Counted from the first letter of the stretch, positions 39,364-50,003 are shown. The stretch: DNA of 64,000 nt from Planctomycetota bacterium (GCA_965248445.1 CBDFJG010000004.1:1472001-1536000), one strand, 5' to 3'. Program-made: numbers and translations. Notes: a model not told the origin generated them from the letters alone.

Positions 39364-41094
39364 ATGAGCGCGAGAATGACCAGCAGAAAGACCGAGTCGA
39401 CCGACCGCGCCACGGGCGTGGCGTCGCGGCTCGGCGGGCTGCTCTCGCTCGCTCTCCTCGCGCCGCTTGCGCTCGGCACCGGCTGCGAGCCGACGGAGAC
39501 CAAGATCCTCCCGCCTCTGCCGCCGCCGGTCTTCGAGGTCGCGGGCACCAACCTGCGGGGCGACGTGCTCCCGGAGGGGGAGACGCTCGAGATCCGGTTC
39601 ACCCGGCCGCTCGACACCGGGTCCGCGCGCCCCAACGCGGTGCGGCTGCGCCGCGAGTCCGGCCGTCGCGTGCGAAGACTGCGCGCGTGGGCCGAGGGCG
39701 ACACGCTGTTCATCGAGCCGGCGCCCGGACGGTCGTTCCCGCGCAGCGGCGATCTGGTGCTGAAGCTGCAGGGCCGTCCGTCCCCGCGCGGTGTGCGCTC
39801 GGCAGCCGGCGAACCTCTCGCGCGGATGGACAAGATCGTGTTCCGCATCGGGCCGCCGCGGCGGGTGGACCTGACCGGACCGCGGCTGGTGTCGAGCTGG
39901 CCCGTGGACGGGGCGCGCGACGTGGACACGGGACGTCCGCTCGAGTTGCACATGAGTGAGCCGCTCGCCCGCGGCAGCGTGCGGCGGGGCGACGCGGTGG
40001 CGCTGTTCGTCAACGCCAAGCGCGTGGCGGCGCGGCTGCGGCTCTCTGCAGACCACACCGCCGTCGTGGTGCGCCCGCGCCGTCCGCTGCCCGCGCAGGC
40101 CACCGTCGAACTGCGCGTGCTCGGCGCGCTGCTCGACCGCAAGGGCAACCCAGCGCATGACGCGACCGTCACGTTCACGACATCGCCGCGCCGGCACCGC
40201 GAACTGGTCGAAGAGTTCGTGGACGTGGAGCGCGCCGACCCCGCCGGCACGACCTCGGCGTGGGCCGACCCGCTCTCGCCGGGACACCTCGTGGCGCAGC
40301 CCGGTCGCGTCGTATGGCGCGCGGTGGGCGACGGTGTGGACGAGCAGCACGCTGACCTCGGTCCGCAGCAGACCGTCCGGTTCCAGGTGCTCGTGCCGGC
40401 CGACGACAGCGACGGCGTCACCGCCTCGGCCCTGCGGCTGCGGCTCAGTGGCGCCCTCGACGGCGGTCACGTCCTGCGTGCCGAGGTCCTGGCCGGTGCG
40501 ACCGACCTCACCGCGCTCGACCCCACGTTCGACGGAAACCTCGAGGAGTCCGGAGCGATCACCGTGGCCCACGTCGACCGTCCACTGCCGGTGGATGGCG
40601 AGTTCGGCGGCGAGGTCGAGATCCCCTTCGACACGCCGCTGCGCCTGGCGGGGCGGCTGGGCATGCTGCTCGACGTGACGCTCGAGACAACGCCCGGCGT
40701 GCGCATTGCCGCAATCGAAGGCGGCTTCGGGATCGCGCGGATCGAGGGGCGCGCGGACGACGGACTCGTACCCGACATCGAACTGCTCGTCACAGGCGGC
40801 AGTCCGCGCGCGCTCTCGACCTGGTTCGACAGCGGCGTCGTGCGTCCCACGTGGGGTACGGCGGTCGTCGACGCATGGGCCGGCGCGGGCGCGCCCGGCG
40901 CGCACGTGGAGTTCCAGTCCGCGGCAGCCGGTCCCGATGGCGCTCCGGATCTCGCTCGGTCGAGCGAGTGGCAGCAGCGCCTCGAGGATCTGCCCGCGCT
41001 CCGCTTCGTGCGGTTCCGCGTGCGCTTCGATGGACTCGGTGCCGGCGACGATCCGCCGAGCGTCGATCGCATCATCATCCCGTACGAGTACTGA
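39364..41094 (+). CDS. Lipoprotein with Ig-like (Big_5/SbsA-type) domains
   Basis: Lipobox LGTGC; IRFTRPLD and GPRLVSSWPVDGARDV..MSEPL patterns. Start approximate. Confidence 0.7.
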   Translation: MSARMTSRKTESTDRATGVASRLGGLLSLALLAPLALGTGCEPTETKILPPLPPPVFEVAGTNLRGDVLPEGETLEIRFTRPLDTGSARPNAVRLRRESGRRVRRLRAWAEGDTLFIEPAPGRSFPRSGDLVLKLQGRPSPRGVRSAAGEPLARMDKIVFRIGPPRRVDLTGPRLVSSWPVDGARDVDTGRPLELHMSEPLARGSVRRGDAVALFVNAKRVAARLRLSADHTAVVVRPRRPLPAQATVELRVLGALLDRKGNPAHDATVTFTTSPRRHRELVEEFVDVERADPAGTTSAWADPLSPGHLVAQPGRVVWRAVGDGVDEQHADLGPQQTVRFQVLVPADDSDGVTASALRLRLSGALDGGHVLRAEVLAGATDLTALDPTFDGNLEESGAITVAHVDRPLPVDGEFGGEVEIPFDTPLRLAGRLGMLLDVTLETTPGVRIAAIEGGFGIARIEGRADDGLVPDIELLVTGGSPRALSTWFDSGVVRPTWGTAVVDAWAGAGAPGAHVEFQSAAAGPDGAPDLARSSEWQQRLEDLPALRFVRFRVRFDGLGAGDDPPSVDRIIIPYEY

Positions 41095-41118
41095 GGCGGA
41101 TCTCCGCCGCCGGCTCGT

Positions 41119-41742
41119 CTACTCGGGAAGTTGGTTCGCGCTCTCGATGATCGTGGTGATCAGGCCGTAGTCCTTGGCCTCGTTCGCGGTCATCCAGTAG
41201 TCGCGGTGCGTGTCCTTCTCGATGCGCTCCACGGGCTGCCCGGTCTCCTCGGACAGGAGGCCGTTGATGAACCCCCGTAGCTTCAGGATCTCCTGGGCGC
41301 CGATGGCGACGTCGCTGGCCTGACCCTGGAGGCCCATGGACGGCTGGTGAAGCAGGAAGCGCGTGCTCGGCGTCGCGTACCGGTGGCCCTTGTCAGCACC
41401 CAGCAGGATGATCGTCGCGGCGCTGGCTGCCAGCCCCACGCAGATCGAGTGCACCGGGCTCTTGACGAAGCGCATCACGTCGTAGATCGCGAAGCCCGCG
41501 TCCACGGAGCCGCCGGGCGAGTTGATGTAGACGCGGATCGGCTTTTCGCTGTCGGCGGCGTCCATCGCCAGGAGCTGCGCGACGATCTTGGCCGAGAGCT
41601 CGTCGCTCACGGCTCCGGTGAGGATCACCGCGCGGGCGTCGAACAGGTACTTGAGCAGCGGCGCGCTGTTCTTCTTCTCGTCGTCGCCGTCGTCATCGTC
41701 GCCTGCGCGAGCCGGAATTCTTCTGCCGTCGAAGGTCGTCAT
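41119..41742 (-). CDS. clpP: ATP-dependent Clp protease proteolytic subunit
   Basis: YINSPGGSV, GLAAS (Ser), LHQP (His), RDYWM (Asp). Confidence 0.95.
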   Translation of the reverse strand: MTTFDGRRIPARAGDDDDGDDEKKNSAPLLKYLFDARAVILTGAVSDELSAKIVAQLLAMDAADSEKPIRVYINSPGGSVDAGFAIYDVMRFVKSPVHSICVGLAASAATIILLGADKGHRYATPSTRFLLHQPSMGLQGQASDVAIGAQEILKLRGFINGLLSEETGQPVERIEKDTHRDYWMTANEAKDYGLITTIIESANQLPE

Positions 41743-41939
41743 CACCATCTCCTGGACGCCCTGAAACCGAGGCGCGGCATCGTAGCAACCCCCCTCGGCG
41801 CGACTCCGAGAATGCAGCGGGCAGCACGCCGGAGTGGGGGACCGCAAGAAGGGCGGTTGCGCGCCGCATCCGCCCTGACGACACTAAGTCGGGCGAGGTC
41901 ACCCGTCGTTCGGCGCCCCTTCTGCCCGGCTGAGGTGCC

Positions 41940-43160
41940 ATGCCGCTCGTGCTGACCGTGCTCTCCGGCCCCCGCGAAGGGGCTGAGTTCCGTGCAGGGG
42001 GCGCCGATTCGCTGACGATTGGACGGAGCGAAGGGACGGACATCCGCGTGATGGACGTGACCATGAGCCGGGTGCATGCGGTCGTCACGAGAGACGACGA
42101 CGGCTGGTGGATCGAGGACCAGGAGAGCCGCAACGGCGTCTGGTTGGAGGGCCGCCGTGTGCAGCGCCACCGGCTGAAGGACGGCGACATCCTCCGACTC
42201 GGCAAGATCACCGAGATCATGGCAGCGCTCCCGGACTCCGGAGCCGACATGGAGCCGCCTCCGACGGCGACCTGTACGGGCTGCGGTGACGAGGTCGATC
42301 CCGACGACATCGCGCGGGGCGGTGACGGCAACTCGTATCACGTCGAATGCCGCGGCATGACCCATCTGATCGGGGAGGACTTCGGTGGGTACCGGGTCAG
42401 CGAGGCGCTGTCGGCGTGCGGACCCGGGCACCGGCTGCGCGGGCGCGACATGTCGCTCGACCGTGATGTCGCGCTGCGCGTGTTCGACGCGGCCGCGGCG
42501 GCCCGACCGGGATTCGGGGAAGCGCTGGATGAGGCCGTGCGCGACGCGTCCAAGCTCGTGCACCCCCACGTCGTGCAGGTGCTCGATCGCGGTGAACAGG
42601 ACGACCTCGCGTTCGTCGTCGAGGAGGCGGCGTCGGGAACCGCGCTGTTCGATCTGCTGTCGGCGCGTCGCTTCCTGCCCGCCCGCGACGCGGCCAACGT
42701 CGCGAGCCAGGTGCTCGCGGGACTCGCTCACGTCGTCGAGCACGGCGTCGCGCGACCGCATCTGTCGTCGCGCCGCATACTCATCGGTGAGGAGTTCACG
42801 ACGAAAGTGGTCTGGCTTGCCGACCCGCTGGCTCCGGCGGAAGAGCTCGCGGACGAAGAGGCGGGGCTCGTGGCGCCCGAGGCCGCACTCGGCGCGGATG
42901 TCGGCGAGGAGATCGCACTCGTCTACGGCGTGGGCGCGCTGCTCTACCGGATGCTCACCGGGATCACGCCGAGCGACGGGGACAACGCGGAGCAGGCCGC
43001 GGAGCGCGCGATGCGCGTGCCCGCCGCCGAGGTGCGCCGCATCAACCTCAAGGTCTCCCCGGCGCTCGAGCGGGCGGTGCACGACGCGATCGAGGCCGAC
43101 CCGCGAGGTCGCGTGCCCACGCTGAACGAGTTCCGCGAGGCACTGCTCCGCGCGATCTGA
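41940..43160 (+). CDS. FHA domain + Cys/His motif + degenerate (pseudo)kinase
   Basis: FHA IGR/SRVHA/SRNG; CTGC...HVEC; kinase fold RDVALRV and LVHPHVVQV, but no catalytic Lys, HRD or DFG. Confidence 0.8.
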   Translation: MPLVLTVLSGPREGAEFRAGGADSLTIGRSEGTDIRVMDVTMSRVHAVVTRDDDGWWIEDQESRNGVWLEGRRVQRHRLKDGDILRLGKITEIMAALPDSGADMEPPPTATCTGCGDEVDPDDIARGGDGNSYHVECRGMTHLIGEDFGGYRVSEALSACGPGHRLRGRDMSLDRDVALRVFDAAAAARPGFGEALDEAVRDASKLVHPHVVQVLDRGEQDDLAFVVEEAASGTALFDLLSARRFLPARDAANVASQVLAGLAHVVEHGVARPHLSSRRILIGEEFTTKVVWLADPLAPAEELADEEAGLVAPEAALGADVGEEIALVYGVGALLYRMLTGITPSDGDNAEQAAERAMRVPAAEVRRINLKVSPALERAVHDAIEADPRGRVPTLNEFREALLRAI

Positions 43161-43244
43161 GCCCGAGCAGAGGACTCGGGCAGGCGCGTGCGCGCCCGGC
43201 CACGCTCGCGCGCGTGAGGTAGGCTCTAGGCGGAGAAGCGCCCC

Positions 43245-46200
43245 GTGACCGAACCCGCTGCAGACGACCGATTCCTCGATGAGGCCGTCGAGCGGGGCGA
43301 CCTGACCGAAGAGCAGGCCGTCGCCTGTCGCCGCATCCTGTCGACGCTGCGCGAAGTGGACGTCGCCCTCACGGCGGACGAGATCGTGGTGCGTAAGGGC
43401 TTCCTCTCGCGGGCCGCGACCGACGAGGTGAAGCGGGCACTGGCCCGCCGCCGCATCGGCCGTTACGAGGTCCTCGAAAGGCTGGGCAGCGGCGGCAGCG
43501 GCGTCGTGCTGCGCGCACGCGACACCCGGCTCGGCCGCATCGTCGCGCTCAAAGTGCTCACGCGCTCGCAGAACACGTCGGACGACGTCGCGGAACGCTA
43601 CCTCGAACGCTTTCGTCGCGAGGCGCGCGCCGCGGTGACGCTCAACCACGTCAACGTCGTGCGCGGTCTCGACTTCGGTGAGTCCGACGGCTACGTGTAC
43701 TTCGCGATGGAGTTCGTTGCGGGCGAGAGCCTTGCGACGCGACTCGAGCGCGAGGGACGGCTGCCGGTCTCCGAAGCCCTTGCGATCGCGTCCGACGTCG
43801 TGGCGGCGCTCGCGCACGTCGCCGAGTACGGCTTGGTGCATCGCGACGTCAAGCCGGCGAACGTGCTGGTGACGCCGAGCGGCACGGTGAAGCTGTGCGA
43901 TCTCGGACTCGCGCGGCCGGAGACCCGGGGCGGGGGCGCCGCGGGTTCCATCGCGGGAACGCCGCTCTACGTCGCCCCCGAGCAGACCCGCGATCCGCGT
44001 TCGGTGGACTGGCGCGCCGACGTGTACGGCCTCGGCGCCACGCTCTATCACCTGCTGACGGGGCGCCCGCCGTTCCAGCCGACGGCCGGACGGAGCTTGC
44101 TCCACGCGCACCTCGAGGAACAGCCGCGGGATCCGCGCGAGCACGTGCTCGAACTGTCACCGTCCATCTCCGACGTGGTGCTCAAGATGCTCGCGAAGGA
44201 CCCTGCGGACCGCTTCGCGTCGCTCGACGACCTCGCGGCGGATCTGCGCGCGGTCGCCGAGGGCCGCCCGCCGATGCACGCGCTGCAACTCGCGGGGTCC
44301 CTTCCCGGCCGGGTGGAGGAGATCCTCGGCGACCGCGTCGCGCGGCCGCGTCACGACATCGACGAACCCGCCCCTGGAGCGCGGTTCGGGATGATCGCCA
44401 CCGCCGCTGCCGGTGCGGCGGTCGTCGCGACGGCTCTGCTCGTCGTGTTCCTGGCTGACCGCACCGGGCCGCCGCCGCCACCCAGCGACGGCGACCCAGA
44501 GGTCGCACAGCAGCCCGACGAGGCAGACCCCGCTCCCGCGCCGGCAGATCCGGAGGCCGCGGATCCCGAGCCCGATCTAGGCGCGGAGGCCTTGCTCGAG
44601 GCCGAGAAGTTCGCGCGTTCCGAGGGCGTGGATCTGCACGACGTGATCGAGCGATACGAGTTCGTCGCGGACCGGTACAACGGGCACGCGTCGGGGGACG
44701 CGGCGGCGGCGTGGCTCGAGCGAACGCTCACGCGTCTCGAAGAAGAGGCGCAACGCGAGTTCGAGGGGCGGCGCCGCACCGCCGCGCGGTTCGAGGCCGA
44801 CCAGCAGTTCGGCGCCGCCATCGCTGAGTACGAGGGCTTCCCCCGCCGGCTCGCCGGCACAACGTGGGCCCGTCGCTCTCTCGGAGAACGCGAACGCCTG
44901 CGCGGAGAGGCGCGCCGCCGCGCCGACGGCTTGGAAGCGGCAGCCGACGAGCATCTGCTGGCCGGCCGCTTCGATGAAGCCGCCGCCATCGAGCAGTCGA
45001 TCCGCGACCTAGGCCTCGAGGAGTTCACCCGGATCGCGGAACGGGTGCAGCAGCGCGTGCTCACCGCCCGCAGCCGTCACGCCGCCGCCCGCGAGGAGCA
45101 CCGGCCCACGTTCATGTCGCTGCTCGGCGACGTCGTCGTGACACTCGGAGACACCGGTGCGGACGCCGCCATGCGCCAGTTTGCGACACGGCTCGCGTCC
45201 GACGATCTCTCCGCGTTCTCGGACGACGTCACGCGGTTCGCCGCGGATCTCGACGGCGCGGTCGCGATGCAACAGACGCTGCGAGACCGGTGGACCCAGA
45301 TCACGGCCGACGGCGCCGCGATCGAACTGCGGCTGCAGGGTCGCGATGTCTCGCACGTGACCGCGCGAGGCGCCGGCGTCTTGCGCGACGAGTTCCTGCT
45401 CGGGGGCGGCGGCGAGAGCGTTCGCGCCGTGCGCGTGCGTGATCTCACCCTCGTGTCGCTCGGGCGCATCCTCGGCAGTCCGTTCGACGACGTCGAGGAG
45501 GAGGAGCGCCGTGCGCGGCTGGTGTACCTGCTCTCCGAGCGCAACTTCCCGGCCGCGAGCGAGTACCTGGCGCTGCTCGACCTCGCGGCGCGCGAGGACG
45601 CGCTGGCGCACGAGATCGCCGAGGCGACGCGGCTCGCCGTCATGTCCGCGGCGCGGAAGCGGCTCGACGCCGCGCTCGACTTCCTCGATGTCGAGAGCGC
45701 GGCCGCGGCGCTCGCGATCGTCGATGAAGTGCTCGCCGAACTCCCGGGTTTCGGCCGCGCGTACACGTTGCGCGGCGCCGCACTTGCGTTGAGCGGCGAC
45801 GAGACGGCGTCGGAGACCGCCTTCCTCGCGGCGGTGGGCGCCGAGTGGCCAGATCCTCAGGCGCTCTACAACCTGGCACTCTCGCTCGTCCGGCAGGATC
45901 GCCTCGCGGACGCGGAGGCGCGCCTGGCGGAACTGATCGAACGCGGAGCCCCCGGAGGGTTCATCTGGAAGGCGCAGGCACTGTCCAAGGAGATCGCAGC
46001 GAAGCGCAAGTCTGCGCGCGTGTCGGCTCTTCGCACGGAAGCGCAGCGCGCGTCACGCCGCCGCGATACCGCCGCGGAAGTGGCCGCCAACGAGCAGTTG
46101 CTCGCACTGCTGCCGGAGGACCCGGACGCGCTCGAGTCGCTGGGTCGCCTGTACCTCGACACCGGCCGCCGCTTCGACGCATTCGTGGCGCTGCGCACGC

Positions 46201-46883
46201 TCGCGCTGACTCACCCCGACGACGAGCGCGCGATCCGCGCCGAGCGCTTGTTGGACGACCGGATCACGCGCTTCCGCATCGTCGGCCGCGAGTTGCGCAC
46301 ACGGTTGCGCAAGATCGAGGGGCCGTCTTCGGCGGCGACGGTCGACGCCGACATCCCGGCGTATCGGGAGCTGATCCTCGAGAACGCGTTCTTCCGCGAG
46401 GCGCGTCTGGCGCTGGCCCGGGGGCTGCTCCGGCGCTTCGAGCGCGAGACCGTCGCGACCGATCTCGCCGCCGCCGAGCAGGAGGTGCGGTACGCCGAGT
46501 TGCTCGGCCCCGGCCGTCACGAGACGCGCCTCTTGCGCTCTGACCTGCTGATCGCCCTCGGCCACACCGAGGAGGCGCTGGCCGAAGCGCTCGTCACGAT
46601 CGAGGAGCGGCCGGCCGAGGCTGCCGGGTACCTCCTCGCCGGACGCGCACACCTGGCAGCGGATCGTCCCGACGACGCGGAGACCGCGTTCTACGCGGCA
46701 TACGAGCGCAAGGAGCATGCGGAGCCGCTGTACTGGGTCGCTCGCTCGCTCGTGCGGCAGGGACTGCACAGCAGGGCGAGGGCGGTTCTCACGCAGCTCT
46801 TGTCCGAGCATCCTCTGATGCCGGTGGATCTGGTGCCGAAGGTCGAGGCGCTGCGCGATTCTCTCGCCGAACGATCCGACTGA
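43245..46883 (+). CDS. Transmembrane Ser/Thr protein kinase with a long C-terminal TPR region
   Basis: GSGGSG, VALK, HRDVKPAN, DLGLA, GTPLYVAPEQ; TM helix; TPR repeats. Confidence 0.92.
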   Translation: MTEPAADDRFLDEAVERGDLTEEQAVACRRILSTLREVDVALTADEIVVRKGFLSRAATDEVKRALARRRIGRYEVLERLGSGGSGVVLRARDTRLGRIVALKVLTRSQNTSDDVAERYLERFRREARAAVTLNHVNVVRGLDFGESDGYVYFAMEFVAGESLATRLEREGRLPVSEALAIASDVVAALAHVAEYGLVHRDVKPANVLVTPSGTVKLCDLGLARPETRGGGAAGSIAGTPLYVAPEQTRDPRSVDWRADVYGLGATLYHLLTGRPPFQPTAGRSLLHAHLEEQPRDPREHVLELSPSISDVVLKMLAKDPADRFASLDDLAADLRAVAEGRPPMHALQLAGSLPGRVEEILGDRVARPRHDIDEPAPGARFGMIATAAAGAAVVATALLVVFLADRTGPPPPPSDGDPEVAQQPDEADPAPAPADPEAADPEPDLGAEALLEAEKFARSEGVDLHDVIERYEFVADRYNGHASGDAAAAWLERTLTRLEEEAQREFEGRRRTAARFEADQQFGAAIAEYEGFPRRLAGTTWARRSLGERERLRGEARRRADGLEAAADEHLLAGRFDEAAAIEQSIRDLGLEEFTRIAERVQQRVLTARSRHAAAREEHRPTFMSLLGDVVVTLGDTGADAAMRQFATRLASDDLSAFSDDVTRFAADLDGAVAMQQTLRDRWTQITADGAAIELRLQGRDVSHVTARGAGVLRDEFLLGGGGESVRAVRVRDLTLVSLGRILGSPFDDVEEEERRARLVYLLSERNFPAASEYLALLDLAAREDALAHEIAEATRLAVMSAARKRLDAALDFLDVESAAAALAIVDEVLAELPGFGRAYTLRGAALALSGDETASETAFLAAVGAEWPDPQALYNLALSLVRQDRLADAEARLAELIERGAPGGFIWKAQALSKEIAAKRKSARVSALRTEAQRASRRRDTAAEVAANEQLLALLPEDPDALESLGRLYLDTGRRFDAFVALRTLALTHPDDERAIRAERLLDDRITRFRIVGRELRTRLRKIEGPSSAATVDADIPAYRELILENAFFREARLALARGLLRRFERETVATDLAAAEQEVRYAELLGPGRHETRLLRSDLLIALGHTEEALAEALVTIEERPAEAAGYLLAGRAHLAADRPDDAETAFYAAYERKEHAEPLYWVARSLVRQGLHSRARAVLTQLLSEHPLMPVDLVPKVEALRDSLAERSD

Positions 46884-46913
46884 CGCGCGCGACGCAATCT
46901 GTATGCTCCCCGG

Positions 46914-49652
46914 GTGACACAAGAGACGTTCGCGAACGGAGAGCGCCTGTTCCTCCTCGACGGGACCGCGCTGGCGTACCGCGCGCACTTCGCGTTCATG
47001 CGCGCGCGCCTGTCCGACGGCCGCGGCAACCCGACCGGCGCGATCTACGGCTTCGTCGCCACGCTGCTCAAACTGCTGCGCGACGAGCGGCCTGACCATC
47101 TCGGCTGCTGCTTCGATCCACCGGGGCCGACGTTCCGCCACGAGCAGTTCCCCGAGTACAAGGCCACGCGCGAGCGCATGGACGACGACCTCGCGGCCCA
47201 GCTCCCCAAGCTCCGCGACGTGGTGCGGGCCTTCAACATCCCGGTGCTCGAGGTGCCGGGCTTCGAGGCCGACGACGTGCTGGCGACCGTCGCGGCCCGC
47301 GCCGCGAAGAAGGGCATCCACACCTACATCGTCACCGGCGACAAGGATCTCTGTCAGTCGGTGGCGCCGAACGTCTCGATCTACAACATCCTGAAACCGG
47401 GTCAGGACACGGAGGTGTTGGACGAGGAGGGCGTCGAGGCGGCGTGGGGTGTCAAGCCGTCACAGGTGGCCGACGTCCTCGCACTCATGGGCGACACGTC
47501 CGACAACGTCCCCGGCGTGCCCAGCATCGGCAAGAAGACGGCCACCAAGCTGATCCAGGAGCACGGCACGCTGCAAGCGGTCCTCGACGCGGCGGCCGAG
47601 GACCCGCCGCGCGTCAAGGGAAAGCGGGTGATCGAGAACCTCCGGACGTTCCGCGATCAGGCCGTCATGTCGCACGAGCTCGTGATCGTGAAGGAGGATG
47701 TGCCGGTCGACGTCACGTTCGAGGACCTGCGGATGGGGGAGCGCAACGAGGAGGAGCTCAAGCGGCTCTTCCTCGACCTCGCGTTCACGCGGCTGCTCGC
47801 TGAGGTCATGGAGGAGGCCGAGGACGAAGTCGAACACGAGTACGTGACGATCACGAACGAGAAGTCGCTCGACGCGATGCTCGCGACGCTGGCAGCGGCG
47901 GAACTCGTCGCATTCGACGTCGAGACGACCGGCCTTGACCCGTTGCAGGCGGATCTGGTGGGCCTGTCGTTCTCGGTGCGTGAGGGCGCCGCGTTCTACG
48001 TGCCGCTCAACGCCGAACCGCCGGTGCTCGGCGGCGACGGGGACGAGGCCGTGCAGCGCGTACTCGACAGAGTGCGCCCGCTCCTCGAGAACGCGGATAG
48101 CCACAAGACGGCGCAGAACGCGAAGTACGACGTGCTCGCGTACCGGCGCGCAGGCATCGCCGTTCGCGGCGTGACGATCGACACGATGATCGCGTCGTTC
48201 TGCCTCGATCCCGAGATGCGCCAGCACAGCCTCGACGCCCTGTCGCTGCGGCACTACGGCTACAGGAAGGTCCCCACCAGCGACCTGATCGGGAGCGGCA
48301 AGAACCAGATCACAATGGACCAGGTCGAGATCGAACGTGTCTCGGAGTACGCGTGCGAGGACGCCGACTTCGCGTACCGGCTCGCGCGCAAGTTCGAGCC
48401 GCGGCTCGCCAAGGAGAGCGTCGGCACGCTGTTTCGCGATGTCGAGATGCCGCTGTTGCCCGTGCTGGCGGACATGGAGTGGGAGGGCGTGCGGCTCGAC
48501 ACGGAACTCCTCGACGGGATGTCCGAGGATCTCGCGTCGCGATCCGGGGTCCTCGAACGGGAGATCTGCGATCTCGCCGGCACGGCGTTCAACGTCAACT
48601 CCCCGAAGCAGATCGGGGAGGTGTTGTTCGAGCGAATGCAGATCCAGGGCAAGCGCCGTGTGCGCCGCACCAAGACCGGCTTCGCCACCGACGAGCGCAC
48701 GCTGCGCCAGTTCGCGCAAGAGCCGGTCATCGAGAAGCTGATGGCGTTCCGCCGGATGACCAAGCTGCGCTCGACGTACACCGAAGCGCTGCCGAAGCTC
48801 GTGAACCCGCACACGGGCCGACTGCACACGAGCTACAGCCAGACCGGCGCCATCACCGGCCGCCTCGCGTCGTCTGACCCGAACCTGCAGAACATCCCGA
48901 TCCGGACCGAAGAGGGACGCGAGATCCGCCGCGCGTTCGTGCCGCGTGACGACGGATGGAAGCTCGTTTCGGCGGACTACAGCCAGATCGAGTTGCGCGT
49001 GCTGGCGCACCTCTCGGAGGATGAGCACCTGTGCGCGGCGTTCGAGGCCGGTGAGGACATCCACCGCCGCACGGCCGCGCGCATCTTCGATGTCGACCCG
49101 GGGTTCGTGACGCCGGAACTGCGCAGCCGGGCGAAGGCGATCAACTTCGGGATCGTGTACGGCATGGGCGCGACGCGGCTTGCGCAGGACACGGGCATCA
49201 CGCGCAACGAGGCGACGGCCTTCATCTCGAACTACTTCAAGGCGTATCCGCGGGTGAAAACGTTCGTGGACGGGTTGAAGGACCAAGCGCGGGCCGACGG
49301 CTTCGTCACGACGCTGCTGGGCCGCCGCCGCTCGCTGCAGGACATGCTCGAGTCTCCGAACGCAAGGGTGCAGGCCGCTGTCGACAACGTGGCCGTGAAC
49401 ACGCCCATCCAGGGAAGCGCGGCCGACATCATCAAGGTCGCGATGCTCCGCGTGCACGCCGCGATCCGGGACCGCGAGCTCCAGTCCCGGATGATCCTGC
49501 AGGTGCACGATGAACTCGTGTTCGACGTGGCCCCCGGCGAACTCGACGTCGTGCGAGCGCTGGTGCGCGAACACATGGAAGGGGCGTACGCACTCCGCGT
49601 CCCGATCCTGGTCGACATGGGCGACGGCGACTCCTGGCTCGAAGCGCACTAG
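46914..49652 (+). CDS. polA: DNA polymerase I
   Basis: 5'-3' exonuclease (LLDG, YKATR, EADD, GDKD), 3'-5' exonuclease (FDVETT), polymerase motifs ADYSQIELR, AKAINFGIVYG, LQVHDEL. Confidence 0.98.
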   Translation: MTQETFANGERLFLLDGTALAYRAHFAFMRARLSDGRGNPTGAIYGFVATLLKLLRDERPDHLGCCFDPPGPTFRHEQFPEYKATRERMDDDLAAQLPKLRDVVRAFNIPVLEVPGFEADDVLATVAARAAKKGIHTYIVTGDKDLCQSVAPNVSIYNILKPGQDTEVLDEEGVEAAWGVKPSQVADVLALMGDTSDNVPGVPSIGKKTATKLIQEHGTLQAVLDAAAEDPPRVKGKRVIENLRTFRDQAVMSHELVIVKEDVPVDVTFEDLRMGERNEEELKRLFLDLAFTRLLAEVMEEAEDEVEHEYVTITNEKSLDAMLATLAAAELVAFDVETTGLDPLQADLVGLSFSVREGAAFYVPLNAEPPVLGGDGDEAVQRVLDRVRPLLENADSHKTAQNAKYDVLAYRRAGIAVRGVTIDTMIASFCLDPEMRQHSLDALSLRHYGYRKVPTSDLIGSGKNQITMDQVEIERVSEYACEDADFAYRLARKFEPRLAKESVGTLFRDVEMPLLPVLADMEWEGVRLDTELLDGMSEDLASRSGVLEREICDLAGTAFNVNSPKQIGEVLFERMQIQGKRRVRRTKTGFATDERTLRQFAQEPVIEKLMAFRRMTKLRSTYTEALPKLVNPHTGRLHTSYSQTGAITGRLASSDPNLQNIPIRTEEGREIRRAFVPRDDGWKLVSADYSQIELRVLAHLSEDEHLCAAFEAGEDIHRRTAARIFDVDPGFVTPELRSRAKAINFGIVYGMGATRLAQDTGITRNEATAFISNYFKAYPRVKTFVDGLKDQARADGFVTTLLGRRRSLQDMLESPNARVQAAVDNVAVNTPIQGSAADIIKVAMLRVHAAIRDRELQSRMILQVHDELVFDVAPGELDVVRALVREHMEGAYALRVPILVDMGDGDSWLEAH

Positions 49653-49653
49653 C

Positions 49654-49934
49654 GGCTCGGCACGCGCGTCGCGCAGCGACTCGCGCAACGAGTGCGAGTC
49701 CGCTGCTCCCGCTGCAAGACATTGCTCATGTCGTTGCCCCCTCGCGCGCTGGCACGCGCGCACGGGTCGCGGGCGTTCGGGCGCGCCGCTCGACGCGGTG
49801 CTCCCTCACGGGGCGGGGCGCTTCCCGCCCGCGCCCTGGAGATGCGCTGACCTCTCGAGATGCAGCGAGTAGCGAGGGCGCGCGGGTTGCGAAGCAAGGC
49901 GCGTGACCGTAGCCCTCCGTAGCGCCCGGAGGGC
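49654..49934. repeat. Nested inverted-repeat element (REP-cluster or MITE-like)
   Basis: Outer imperfect IR 49654-49667 / 49899-49914, inner stems, and a GTAG-led hairpin GCCCTCCG/CGGAGGGC. Confidence 0.45.
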
Positions 49935-50003
49935 GCGTAGGAGGGGGACATCCGCGCGTAGCGAGGCCGAGGATCGCCCCGCGATCCGCAGGCGACGCAA
50001 ACG

